From an uncultured Verrucomicrobiae bacterium (GTDB taxonomy: Bacteria; Verrucomicrobiota; Verrucomicrobiia; Chthoniobacterales; Chthoniobacteraceae), in contig CAWIKF010000002.1 in NCBI GenBank assembly GCA_963836755.1, positions 1,824,001-1,888,000 on the forward strand: a stretch of 64,000 nt of DNA, written 5' to 3'. Numbering within the stretch: position 1 is the stretch's first letter; each line of letters begins with the position of its first letter. A program made the translations under genes and the position numbers. The notes beneath the pieces are model-generated. The model saw only the letters and a list, made by a program, of their open reading frames with translations, made no database searches and was not told the origin of the DNA. Shown here piece by piece: positions 1 to 8,407 of this stretch.

Positions 1-357
1 AAATTTCGCGGCCAAATCTTCATAGCCCATACCGCAGCCATTATCGACGATTCTAATCATGATGTCGCTAGAGAGAGTGCGCGCTTCCAGCGGCGCAGGC
101 TCCGGCAGTTTTGATTTTGAAGCCAAAAATTTAGTATTCTCCGCTATAAATGCTTGTTTTTCTGCGGCGCGGTGCGCTTGAATTTCGGGAAGATCTAGCT
201 CGACTTGGGCCGATGCGGCGTCGGCGTCGTAAGCGTTCGCAACGAATTCAACTAATACCGGGATCAAGTTAGTATAGAGGTTGATGCCAAATCTGCAGGA
301 TCTGAGGTGTAATATTCATCGGTAAGTGGACGGAATCCCGTCTGCCGGTGATTGCAT
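1..357 (-). CDS. GHKL (MORC/Hsp90-like) ATPase, N-terminal part; runs off the window; apparent frameshifts near 293 and 320
   Basis: Not in the ORF track. The minus strand reads FGINLYTNLIPVLVEFVANAYDADA (GHKL motif I) and MIRIVDNGCGMG (motif II). The MQSPADG and MNITPQIL segments are in other frames. Confidence 0.8.
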
Positions 358-462
358 GGAATGGTGCCGTTTCTCCAATGGTCGATAGGCTTGCCCGCTG
401 AGTAAGCAATAGCCGGAAATGGTAGCGGCTTTTGCCTTCGGAAAAACCCTGTAAAACTGGGT

Positions 463-873
463 ATGACAGATGTCTACGATAAGGGGAAGTGGTCCGAGAT
501 TAGCGTGGCATACGGCCGCTTGGCAATCGTTTCCGACAGAACTACGTTTAATGCGCTTGTTCCAAGAGTTTCGAATTGCCGGTTGGCGGCGACATCTGCG
601 GCTACCCGGCCGACCCGACTTTTGTTTCACGGCAAAGCGCTTGGCGATCTTTGTAGACGGTGATTTTTGGCATGGAAATCCGCTACGCTTTCAGACTCCT
701 AAATCGAATGTGGAATTTTGGACGGAAAAGATAAAAGGCAATCGTCGGCGGGATCGCCGAAACACGCGCGCGCTGAGGGAACGGGGTTGGACTATCATTC
801 TATTTGGGAATCCGAATTGCGAACGAACCAAATACGAGTGTTGCGCCTATCGCGCTGCGACTTTAAGAATTAA
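463..873 (+). CDS. vsr: Very short patch repair endonuclease (Vsr family), frameshifted in this sequence
   Basis: MTDVYDK..SEI start, then PGRPDF, AIFVDGDFWHG, FWTEKIKGNRRRD. The terminal WESEL is in another frame. Confidence 0.85.
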
Positions 874-886
874 TCGCTTGAAATTA

Positions 887-916
887 ATGGTGATTAGTGG
901 TGATTAATGGTGATTA
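887..916 (+). repeat. Three tandem 10-bp direct repeats (RTGGTGATTA), candidate operator
   Basis: atggtgatta-gtggtgatta-atggtgatta ending 4 nt before the ATG at 921. Confidence 0.8.
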
Positions 917-920
917 AATC

Positions 921-1109
921 ATGTCGGAAGTGACGCAAAAAAAAGGACGTCCGGGTCCGCGGCCGTTTGTTTATGCACGTTTAACGATCAGCTTTGGCAG
1001 AGATCAGAGACACTACTTGGAAAAATCTTCGATCCTGCGAAACACATCAAAGGCATCTTTGATTCGAGAAGCCATTTCGGAAAAAATGAAGAGGGAGCGT
1101 GGCCTATGA
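921..1109 (+). CDS. Small ribbon-helix-helix (CopG-like) regulator
   Basis: 62 aa; RLTISF strand then two helices (..SKASLIREAI); overlaps the MTase start (ATGA). Confidence 0.6.
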   Translation: MSEVTQKKGRPGPRPFVYARLTISFGRDQRHYLEKSSILRNTSKASLIREAISEKMKRERGL

Positions 1110-2124
1110 TCGAGAGCGTTTCATCTCGAGAGGACGAGAAGCAACTCTATCAACCGACGGTAATCGAGCTTTTCAGCGGAGCTGGACTGTTTGGATACGC
1201 ATTTAAAAAGGAAGGGTTCAAACTGGTAGCCGGCTACGAAATGGATGCCGTCGCTGCCGCGACGTACCGCCGTAATGTCTGCGCGAACGTAAAAGTCGGG
1301 AACTTGGCATCCTGCAAACCGGAGGGGGAATGTGATGTAATTCTAGCGGGACCGCCATGCGTCGGTTTTTCTTCGATTCGAAAAAAGGGCGATGATGATC
1401 CTGAGAAATCGATTGTGCCTGATTATTCCGCGTTGGGCTAAAGCTACGAAAGCCAAACTGGTAATTGTAGAAAATGTGCCACAGTTCTTGTTGTCTCAGC
1501 ACTTTTCTTTGTTCCGATCGGGGATGGAAAACTTAGGATTCACTTCATTAAGCTGGCTGGTAAATGCTCGAAATTTCAATGTTCCTCAGAATCGCAAGCG
1601 ATGCATCGCAATCTTCTCGAAGATAGGATTACCGGCCGAACCGAAATTCCGAGCGTCTACAATGAGCGTGAGGCAGGCCTTCGCAGGTCTGCCTCACTTC
1701 CCCGACCATTCAATTCAACATTATGCGCGCATCCAATCCGAAGCGTGCGAATCTCGAATTCGGCTAGTTCCACGTGGAGGCGACATTCGGGACATCGCCG
1801 CGACAAAACCTCTACTAGTGCCGCCATCTTGGTTTAAGACGAAAGGCAAAATCGTCGACATTTGGGGGCGACTCGATTGGGATGGAATCAGTAACACAAT
1901 TCGCACGGGTTTCCTCCATCCTTCACGCGGCCGCTTCATTCATCCGGTAGAACATCGTCCGATTACATTTCGGGAAGCTGCCCGTCTTCAAACCATTCGC
2001 TGACATCTATCTTTTTGAAGGAGGACCGGAACAACTTGCGCGACAAATCGGAAACGCGGTGCCGGTTAATATGGGAAGAGCTGTCGCCAAGCGCGTTAAA
2101 ACCCTTTTCCGAGATCTCAAGTGA
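1106..2124 (+). CDS. C5 DNA cytosine methyltransferase with two apparent frameshifts (~1402, ~1998)
   Basis: Motifs ELFSGAG, GPPC.GFS, ENV, PQNRKR, REAARLQ; QIGNAVPV in a third frame ending at TGA 2122-2124. Confidence 0.9.
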
Positions 2125-2489
2125 ACAATGTTCAAGGAACCGCGAGCCAGCTCGCCGCGAGAGGCGCGATCCTCGCCCTGCTACACCTCGACGCACAGAT
2201 TGTCATCGGCGCCTTGGACTGGCTTGACGATCACCGCATTTTTTTCTTCGAGGCCGGGGCGCTGGATGAATTTGGAGCGCATGTGCTCGACTTCGATCGC
2301 GCCAACGCGCCACACGATCTCGGCGTGGAATTCTACGACAAACACAATCGCCTGATAGCTTACCTCGCGCCGATCGCGGAGAGCGTTGACGAGCCGGAGC
2401 TTTATGAGAGAACCTTTCTCCAATGGCAGCGCAGCGGTTCCGCGATGACGGATTTTATCGCGACTGTAAAACAAAAACTAACGGAGTGA
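2121..2489 (+). CDS. Hypothetical protein
   Basis: 122-aa ORF coupled to the MTase stop (GTGA). Confidence 0.55.
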   Translation: MNNVQGTASQLAARGAILALLHLDAQIVIGALDWLDDHRIFFFEAGALDEFGAHVLDFDRANAPHDLGVEFYDKHNRLIAYLAPIAESVDEPELYERTFLQWQRSGSAMTDFIATVKQKLTE

Positions 2490-2531
2490 TCTGCTCCGGC
2501 GTGCCGGGCGCTTTGACAGTCACGCCCTCGC

Positions 2532-3620
2532 GTGAAGCTCTCGCCGGAAGACGTTGAAAAAATCCGCACGAAGAACCTTGCTAATCTCATCCGCAAGGCG
2601 AACGCCGGAAAGACTCTCACGCGCGCTGAGCTGCTGATGCTCGACCAGGCCCGCACCGGCGAGGTCCAGACGTTGGGAGTCGTCAAAAATTTCGTTACGA
2701 CCTGGGACGAACTCGCCAAAGCGATCGGTGTTTCGCGGCGCGCTGTCCAGGAGTGGAGAAAGGATCCGCGATATTGCAACGACTGCCCGCCCGACCGCGC
2801 TGATGGGCGGCATGACGTCGCCGCGTGGTTGGATTTTATGGTGCGGCATGGATTGAAGCGCGCCGATGAATTCGTCGAGAGCGAACCGGACGACGATGAG
2901 CCAGGAGCGCATGTCATCAGGCCGCCCGCGATCGGCGGCAGTCAGGCGGACTGGAACAAGGCAGCGAGCCATGTCGATTACGAAAAAAAGCGCGATGCGC
3001 TCGGCGTTTTCCGCGGGACGCTCCTAGTCGCGGCGGAGCTGGAAGTGCCGCTCGGCGCGACGTTCGCGGCTTTGCAGACCAAAGCCTCTCAATTCCCGAC
3101 GCGCGTCGCGCCACTGGTCACCGGCTTTCGCGATGTGCAGGAAGTCGAGGAGCGACTGCGCGATGAGATGGACGCGGATCTGCGCGATCTGCAGGCCGCG
3201 CGATTTCGTGGACGCTTCCATTCCGGAAGTGCTGGCGGAATTCCCGTTTGATGAAGAAAGCGAACGTTTGTTTAAACTCGTGAGTTTTGACGGACAGGAC
3301 CGGCAGGCGTTGCTGGATCTGATCGCGCTGGTTGCGACGGAAGCATTGCGCCGCATCGGCCGGCGCGCGATCGCGCAGGCGAGAGTAGGGGATCCGCAGA
3401 AGAGATTGTTGCACCCGCCGAAGACAGCGAGAGCAGGACTGACGCATTGGCCGCCAGGCGCGTCGCGAAAAATCCCACTGCAAAAGCAAGTCGTCGAAAA
3501 TCGCGAGTTTCACCGGCAAAGAAAAAAAAGCGTCAACGGCCGCAACCTGCAGCAGCTCCAGCGGAAGTCGAGGCGGTCATTGTGCCGGTCGCGAAACGGA
3601 ACTTCAAAAAACGGCGTTAA
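2532..3620 (+). CDS. Probable terminase small subunit, apparent frameshifts near 3210 and 3390
   Basis: HTH (WDELAKAIGVSRRAVQEW) plus helical region directly upstream of TerL. It continues in the 3133 frame (DASIPEVL...), then a basic tail ends at TAA 3618-3620. Confidence 0.6.
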
Positions 3621-3694
3621 GACAGGGGTAGAACGGGCAGCCGTTCCCCCTGGTCCCGTTGCAGCTATCGCCACTGCCGGCAGCCGCAGGGATT
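3621..3694 (-). ncRNA. Candidate structured small RNA, copy A
   Basis: 15-nt core GCCGGCAGTGGCGAT inside stem TGCGGCT/AGCTGCA, then a second hairpin; CTGACA-N17-CAGATT upstream on the minus strand. Confidence 0.45.
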
Positions 3695-3722
3695 GCCGAG
3701 AATCTGACACGCCGCGGCGAGC

Positions 3723-5879
3723 GTGTCAGATGAAAAACAGCACGCTTATTTAAACGCGAAGGTTTGGCTGGCCGGATTGCTCGGCTCGATTTTCAAGCCG
3801 CGGCCGCGCATGCGCATTTGGCGCTGGTTGGATCTGTTCGTCAGGATTCCGAGCGGCGGCCCGCAGCCAGGGCAAATGCGGACGGCGCGGTTCCCGATTT
3901 TTCGCGGGCTCTTCGATCTCGCGCAGCAGCGAGGCGTGCATTTTCTCACGGTCTGCTCGAGCGCGCGTGCTGGTAAAACATTGTTTTCGATCTGCATCGT
4001 CCTTTACTGGATCAGCGAAAAATTCGGCTGGGTTGTCTGGCTCGATCCCACGCGCAACAGCGCGCGAAAATTCGTCCGCGATGAACTGGATGAGTTTCTC
4101 CTGGAATGCAGGCCGGTCCGCGCGCTCGCGATTATCACCAAAAAGACGTGGACGACGCTGGAGAAATGTTTCCGCGGCAAACGCTTCCGCATCATCGGCT
4201 CCGGCGCCGAGGCTGACCTGCACGGATTCAACGCAGAGCTCGCGATCATCAATGAATTCGACGCCTGCCGGTCCAGCACTGAAGGCGACGCAGCGAGTTC
4301 CGACAAGATCGAGGCGCGCACAAAACTTTTCGCGCCGACGCGGCTCATCGTGCGGAATTCAACGCCGCAGAAAGGCGAGTTCGGGCCGATCTGGACGAAG
4401 TTTCTCACGGGCACTCAACATCATTGTTACGTTCCATGCCCGAGCTGCTCGGACGCGCACGCGCGAACGATCAAGGACGTCGTTTTCGAGGAACCGGCCG
4501 ATGAAGATTGCAAGCCAGGCTGGAGCGCGAAGAGCTACGATCCGCGTCTCGCCGGCTGGCAGCGCTTCACTTTTTTCACCGAGAAAAAAAGCGTCCCATT
4601 CGATGAGAATCTCGAACCGCTTACCGACAAAAACGGTTGTCTAAAGCCGCGTCATGAGTGGCGCGAGGAAGTCACCGGGCAGGCAAATTTCGAGAAATTC
4701 GGCATCCATGAAGAACGGCCGAAAATCAATGACCCGACGCAGACGGAGCGGGTGCGCGTTGGCTGGAACCTGAAAGGCGTCCGGCGCGGGACGACTTATC
4801 AATGCGCCTGGTGCAAAAAGGAAATCGAGCAAATCGATCTCGGCTGGATGCTCGCGCGATATCGGTGGATGGCGCACAATCCGGAGCAAAGCGTCGCGAG
4901 TGATGATGACGACGTGCGCGAGGACCTGTCGCCCGAGGAGCACATCAGCGCGCATGTCTGGAGCTGGTATTCGCCTTTTGAAAATTGGGGCGTTATCGCT
5001 GCCGAATTTTTGCAGGCGAAAGGCAATCTCGCGGGACTCATCAAATTCTGCGTCTATACCCTCGGCCGGCCTTTCATCCGCGAAGGCACGGCGGTCAAGG
5101 AAGACGATCTCGATCGCGCGGTCGGCCGGTGTCCGGCGCGTTACGTGAAAGGTCAGCTCCCACTCGAGCCGGAGATCCTCGCGCTCACTGCGGACCGTCA
5201 GGGCGCGGAGCGCTGGTTCGCGATTCGCGCCTACGGAATTTTGTGGGATCATCCCGAATGGCCGACCTGGAGCGCGCTGGTCGACTGGGGTGAGATCGCG
5301 AGCGACGAGCAGATCGCGGAGAAAGCAGGCCTCGCGCCGGATGCGGAAGGCCATCACCGGCGCTTCGTTTTTCAGCGAGACGATGGAACGGCACGCGAAT
5401 ACGCGGTCACGGCCGGCCTTTACGACTGCGGCTTCGAGCAACAGCCGGTGTGGGACTATTGTTTAACACAAAGCGCATGGCTCAGCCCCAGCAAAGGCGG
5501 CGATGAAAGCAAGACTGGCGGCAATCCCATCCGCATCACGGAGGTCATGGACAAGGCGCTCGATCTCATCTGGTATTGGAGCGCGCTTTTCACCGCCGAT
5601 CTTTACTACAACTGCATCCTGCACGGCGCGGCGCACGGCGAGACGGTGCACTGGTGGCTGCCGACGAACATCGATGCGGATTATCGCCGGCAGCTGACGG
5701 ACGAATACCAGGGAGAGGAAAACGGGAAGCGAAAATGGCTCTCGCGCACGAAGACGAATCACCTGGGCGACTGCGAAAAACTTCAGCGAGTCCTCGCGCC
5801 GACGATCGAGGAGACGCTCGACAAAATCCGCGAGGAGCGCCGCGAGAAAATGGAAAAAGAGAAGACTCCACAGATGTAA
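3723..5879 (+). CDS. Terminase large subunit, lambda gpA family
   Basis: Walker A SSARAGKT, Walker B-like AIINEFD, STP motif, YVPCPSC...YQCAWC, C-terminal NHLGDCE. Confidence 0.9.
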   Translation: MSDEKQHAYLNAKVWLAGLLGSIFKPRPRMRIWRWLDLFVRIPSGGPQPGQMRTARFPIFRGLFDLAQQRGVHFLTVCSSARAGKTLFSICIVLYWISEKFGWVVWLDPTRNSARKFVRDELDEFLLECRPVRALAIITKKTWTTLEKCFRGKRFRIIGSGAEADLHGFNAELAIINEFDACRSSTEGDAASSDKIEARTKLFAPTRLIVRNSTPQKGEFGPIWTKFLTGTQHHCYVPCPSCSDAHARTIKDVVFEEPADEDCKPGWSAKSYDPRLAGWQRFTFFTEKKSVPFDENLEPLTDKNGCLKPRHEWREEVTGQANFEKFGIHEERPKINDPTQTERVRVGWNLKGVRRGTTYQCAWCKKEIEQIDLGWMLARYRWMAHNPEQSVASDDDDVREDLSPEEHISAHVWSWYSPFENWGVIAAEFLQAKGNLAGLIKFCVYTLGRPFIREGTAVKEDDLDRAVGRCPARYVKGQLPLEPEILALTADRQGAERWFAIRAYGILWDHPEWPTWSALVDWGEIASDEQIAEKAGLAPDAEGHHRRFVFQRDDGTAREYAVTAGLYDCGFEQQPVWDYCLTQSAWLSPSKGGDESKTGGNPIRITEVMDKALDLIWYWSALFTADLYYNCILHGAAHGETVHWWLPTNIDADYRRQLTDEYQGEENGKRKWLSRTKTNHLGDCEKLQRVLAPTIEETLDKIREERREKMEKEKTPQM

Positions 5880-5884
5880 AACCT

Positions 5885-6145
5885 TTGAAGTGTGCTACTG
5901 TCGGAGCCATTCCGCATCGGCCCAAAGTCTCGATCAAGGAAGTCTGCGCCTGGCTGAAAGTCTCGCGCTGGACCGTCTATCGCTGGATGGAAGAAGATCC
6001 GCCAGCACCTTTCACGCGGCACGCAATCTATCGCTGGCAATACGAAATCGCCCCGATCGCACTCGAGCTCTGGCTTGCGCAACGTGCACAACGCCACTGC
6101 AGCGTGCTTCACGCGCGCGCGACTGAGCTGAGCGACGCGGCTTAG
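5885..6145 (+). CDS. Excisionase/AlpA-like HTH protein (start uncertain)
   Basis: VSIKEVCAWLKVSRWTVYRWM. Confidence 0.6.
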   Translation: MKCATVGAIPHRPKVSIKEVCAWLKVSRWTVYRWMEEDPPAPFTRHAIYRWQYEIAPIALELWLAQRAQRHCSVLHARATELSDAA

Positions 6146-6334
6146 TCACTCGTGCAACATTGTGCAACAATCACGCACTCGCGTGTTTGTTTTCATCCGC
6201 GTAAATCCGAAGCCGGTTGACACGCGCCGGCCTTTTGTCTGGCGACAGCCGGGCCGCCCTCTCCGGAGCAAGCGGCCCGCGCGCCAGCCGGTTCCAAAAG
6301 TCGCCTATGAAACCACTCTCAAAAAATTCCTGCC

Positions 6335-7456
6335 ATGCGTGACGGAGACACTGCCGCTTCACCGCTCGCCTCGCACCGGCCCGACATCGAAGGCGGCGTC
6401 GACACTGCGCGCGATTACTTACGCGAAAAATTTGCCGATCATGCGCGGGCTCTGCAGCTCGCGAAAACGCCTGCAGATTTTCGCCAGCTCGCATTCGACC
6501 TGATCGACGCGGCACTTGCCGAGGCCGGCCAGGGTGGAACTGTGGAAGCGGCGGGCGCGGAAGGCTTCGATTCATTCTTCGCGGCGCTCCTGCACCAGAC
6601 ACGGCACGGCGATCGCGATAACCGGATGCGCGCGCATTGTTTGCTGCGCGTGCTCAATCAGAACCCGCTCAGTTTTCAAAAAATCGCCGACGAACTTGGT
6701 TTCAAGACGCGTGCGACGCCTCATCAGTGCTACCGCAAAATGCAAAAGCAGCTCGGCGGAATGCAGAGCCGCGGCGACAAAAGCGCGGAATCGCGGGAGC
6801 AATGCCGGCAGCGGAGGATGGGCGCGAAACGCGAGCGTCAAAGTTTTTTCCGGAGCGCATTCACCAGCGGCCCTTTCCAGCGTGATGCAGCCGCCAGTTT
6901 TTTCCTGCAACTGACCATGAGCGCGATCACACCCCTGTCCGAACGTGTCGCCGAAATGGCGGAAGGAAATTACGTCGAGCGCCTCGCCGCGCTGAATGCC
7001 GAGATCCGGCAAGGCGTGGCCGCAATCGCCGCGTGGTTTCGTTTCTCCGCTGAACGAATGATCGAGAGCGGGAGAATTTTATGCGAGGCGCAGGAAAACA
7101 TGCGCGGCGATTTCCGCCTCTGGTTTGAATCGAACCAGGAGAAAATCGGCTATTCTTTTTCCACCGCGAACTTGAGCATGCGTGTTTTTCGAAATTACGT
7201 GCTGCGCGGCCGCGATCTCGACAAAGACCTGCAGGACTTCAAAAGCCAGCAGGAATTTCTGCACGCACTCGGCATCTCCGAACGTCCAGAGTGCGGGAAA
7301 AACGGCGCGGGACAGAAGCCACTTTTCCGGCTGGCGATGGCGATCAATGTGGAGCCGGAGAAATGGTCGCCGATCGACCGGCGCGAGTTTTTATTGAAAT
7401 TCGAGGAGCTGGAAAAAATCGCCGATCGCGTGCGTGCGATCGAGGGCGAAGCGTGA
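6335..7456 (+). CDS. Sigma-region-4-like HTH protein joined to a DUF3102-like domain; possibly two genes (second ATG at 6917)
   Basis: LSFQKIADELGFKTRATPHQCYRKMQKQL in the first half; IESGRILCEAQ...FRLWFE...GYSFSTANLSMRV in the second half. Confidence 0.5.
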   Translation: MRDGDTAASPLASHRPDIEGGVDTARDYLREKFADHARALQLAKTPADFRQLAFDLIDAALAEAGQGGTVEAAGAEGFDSFFAALLHQTRHGDRDNRMRAHCLLRVLNQNPLSFQKIADELGFKTRATPHQCYRKMQKQLGGMQSRGDKSAESREQCRQRRMGAKRERQSFFRSAFTSGPFQRDAAASFFLQLTMSAITPLSERVAEMAEGNYVERLAALNAEIRQGVAAIAAWFRFSAERMIESGRILCEAQENMRGDFRLWFESNQEKIGYSFSTANLSMRVFRNYVLRGRDLDKDLQDFKSQQEFLHALGISERPECGKNGAGQKPLFRLAMAINVEPEKWSPIDRREFLLKFEELEKIADRVRAIEGEA

Positions 7457-7677
7457 GACGCGCGCCGTCCTTGCCAACTGCGGGTCTTTTTTTAATTGCC
7501 GATGCGGTTGAGGTTGCGCCTCGGCGTTCGCGGTGCAAAATTTGTTTTGCCAGCAGGACCGCCACTTGGGAAGCCGGGTGCGCAATGTAAGGACTGCTGG
7601 CACTTAGCCGCTTTTTCCGAAATCGTTGCCACGTTTCCGCCACGTTTTCCCGCAAACGCCGAAGAGCTAGGGACAAC

Positions 7678-7999
7678 AACAGATTTCCATAGCGTTAAAA
7701 CGGTTGAAAACCCTTTAGATGACGCGAAACCAAGCCTTTATGAAACCGCTTGAAAGGCAGCGTAACAGATTTCCAATAGGCAATAATCCGTCCAAAATGC
7801 GCGAACAGATTTCCAATCTACAGTAGACGCTTGCCTCAGCTTCCCCCGGCAAAGTAAGGGAAGCGGGAAGTGGCTCGAACGCGTGAAATAGCGAACTCAG
7901 TGGCAGAAATCCCCGAGGAAGAGGTCAGCTAGAGGCTGATATCCTTTGTTTCTGAATAGTCGAACTGGAAATCTGTTCAGCAGCGACTGGAAATCTGTT
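7678..7999. repeat. Five copies of AACAGATTTCCA: three forward, two inverted
   Basis: Forward 7678-7689, 7764-7775, 7804-7815; reverse 7966-7977, 7988-7999. Confidence 0.9.
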
Positions 8000-8089
8000 C
8001 TCTGCGCTGCATAACTCTTTCAGAATCAGCAAAACCAATTCCGAAGCTTCGGAATTGAGGGGTGTCTTTGACAGCGCGGCCGCTGTCAA

Positions 8090-8407
8090 ATGTCGAGCGC
8101 CGCAGACCTGAAAGCTTTCCTGATCGCTGAAGTGGAGGAGGGGAACAGCGACTTCGTTACACAGCTCCTCGATCTCGCGCGCGCGAAAATTCTCGCGGGC
8201 GGCGGCGAGATCGCGCCGCTGGAACGGGGCTCTCTCATGGAGGATGAATTTGCGCAAAACGTGCGCATGGATGCGGCGGAAGTCGCTGCCGCCTGCCGCG
8301 AGGCGCTTCGGTATGCGGACGCGAATTACTCGCCGATCACGTTTGTCGATTTCTCGCGCGCTTTCGGAGTCGGCGCTCCGCCGTGCCCGCCTCCGTCCTG
8401 CCCATGA
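8090..8407 (+). CDS. Small phage protein, head-tail joining (gpW position)
   Basis: 105 aa immediately before and overlapping the portal gene. Confidence 0.5.
   Translation: MSSAADLKAFLIAEVEEGNSDFVTQLLDLARAKILAGGGEIAPLERGSLMEDEFAQNVRMDAAEVAAACREALRYADANYSPITFVDFSRAFGVGAPPCPPPSCP

Noticed and set aside
1392..2003. Programmed frameshifting in the MTase or terS
   Set aside because: No slippery heptamers are evident at the junctions, and indels are scattered across neighbouring genes, which fits sequence error better.
4420..4820. Intein in TerL
   Set aside because: No C/S...HN-C/S/T splice junctions or homing endonuclease motifs were recognised.
7678..7999. CRISPR or mini-array
   Set aside because: The repeats are only 12 bp, irregularly spaced and in both orientations.
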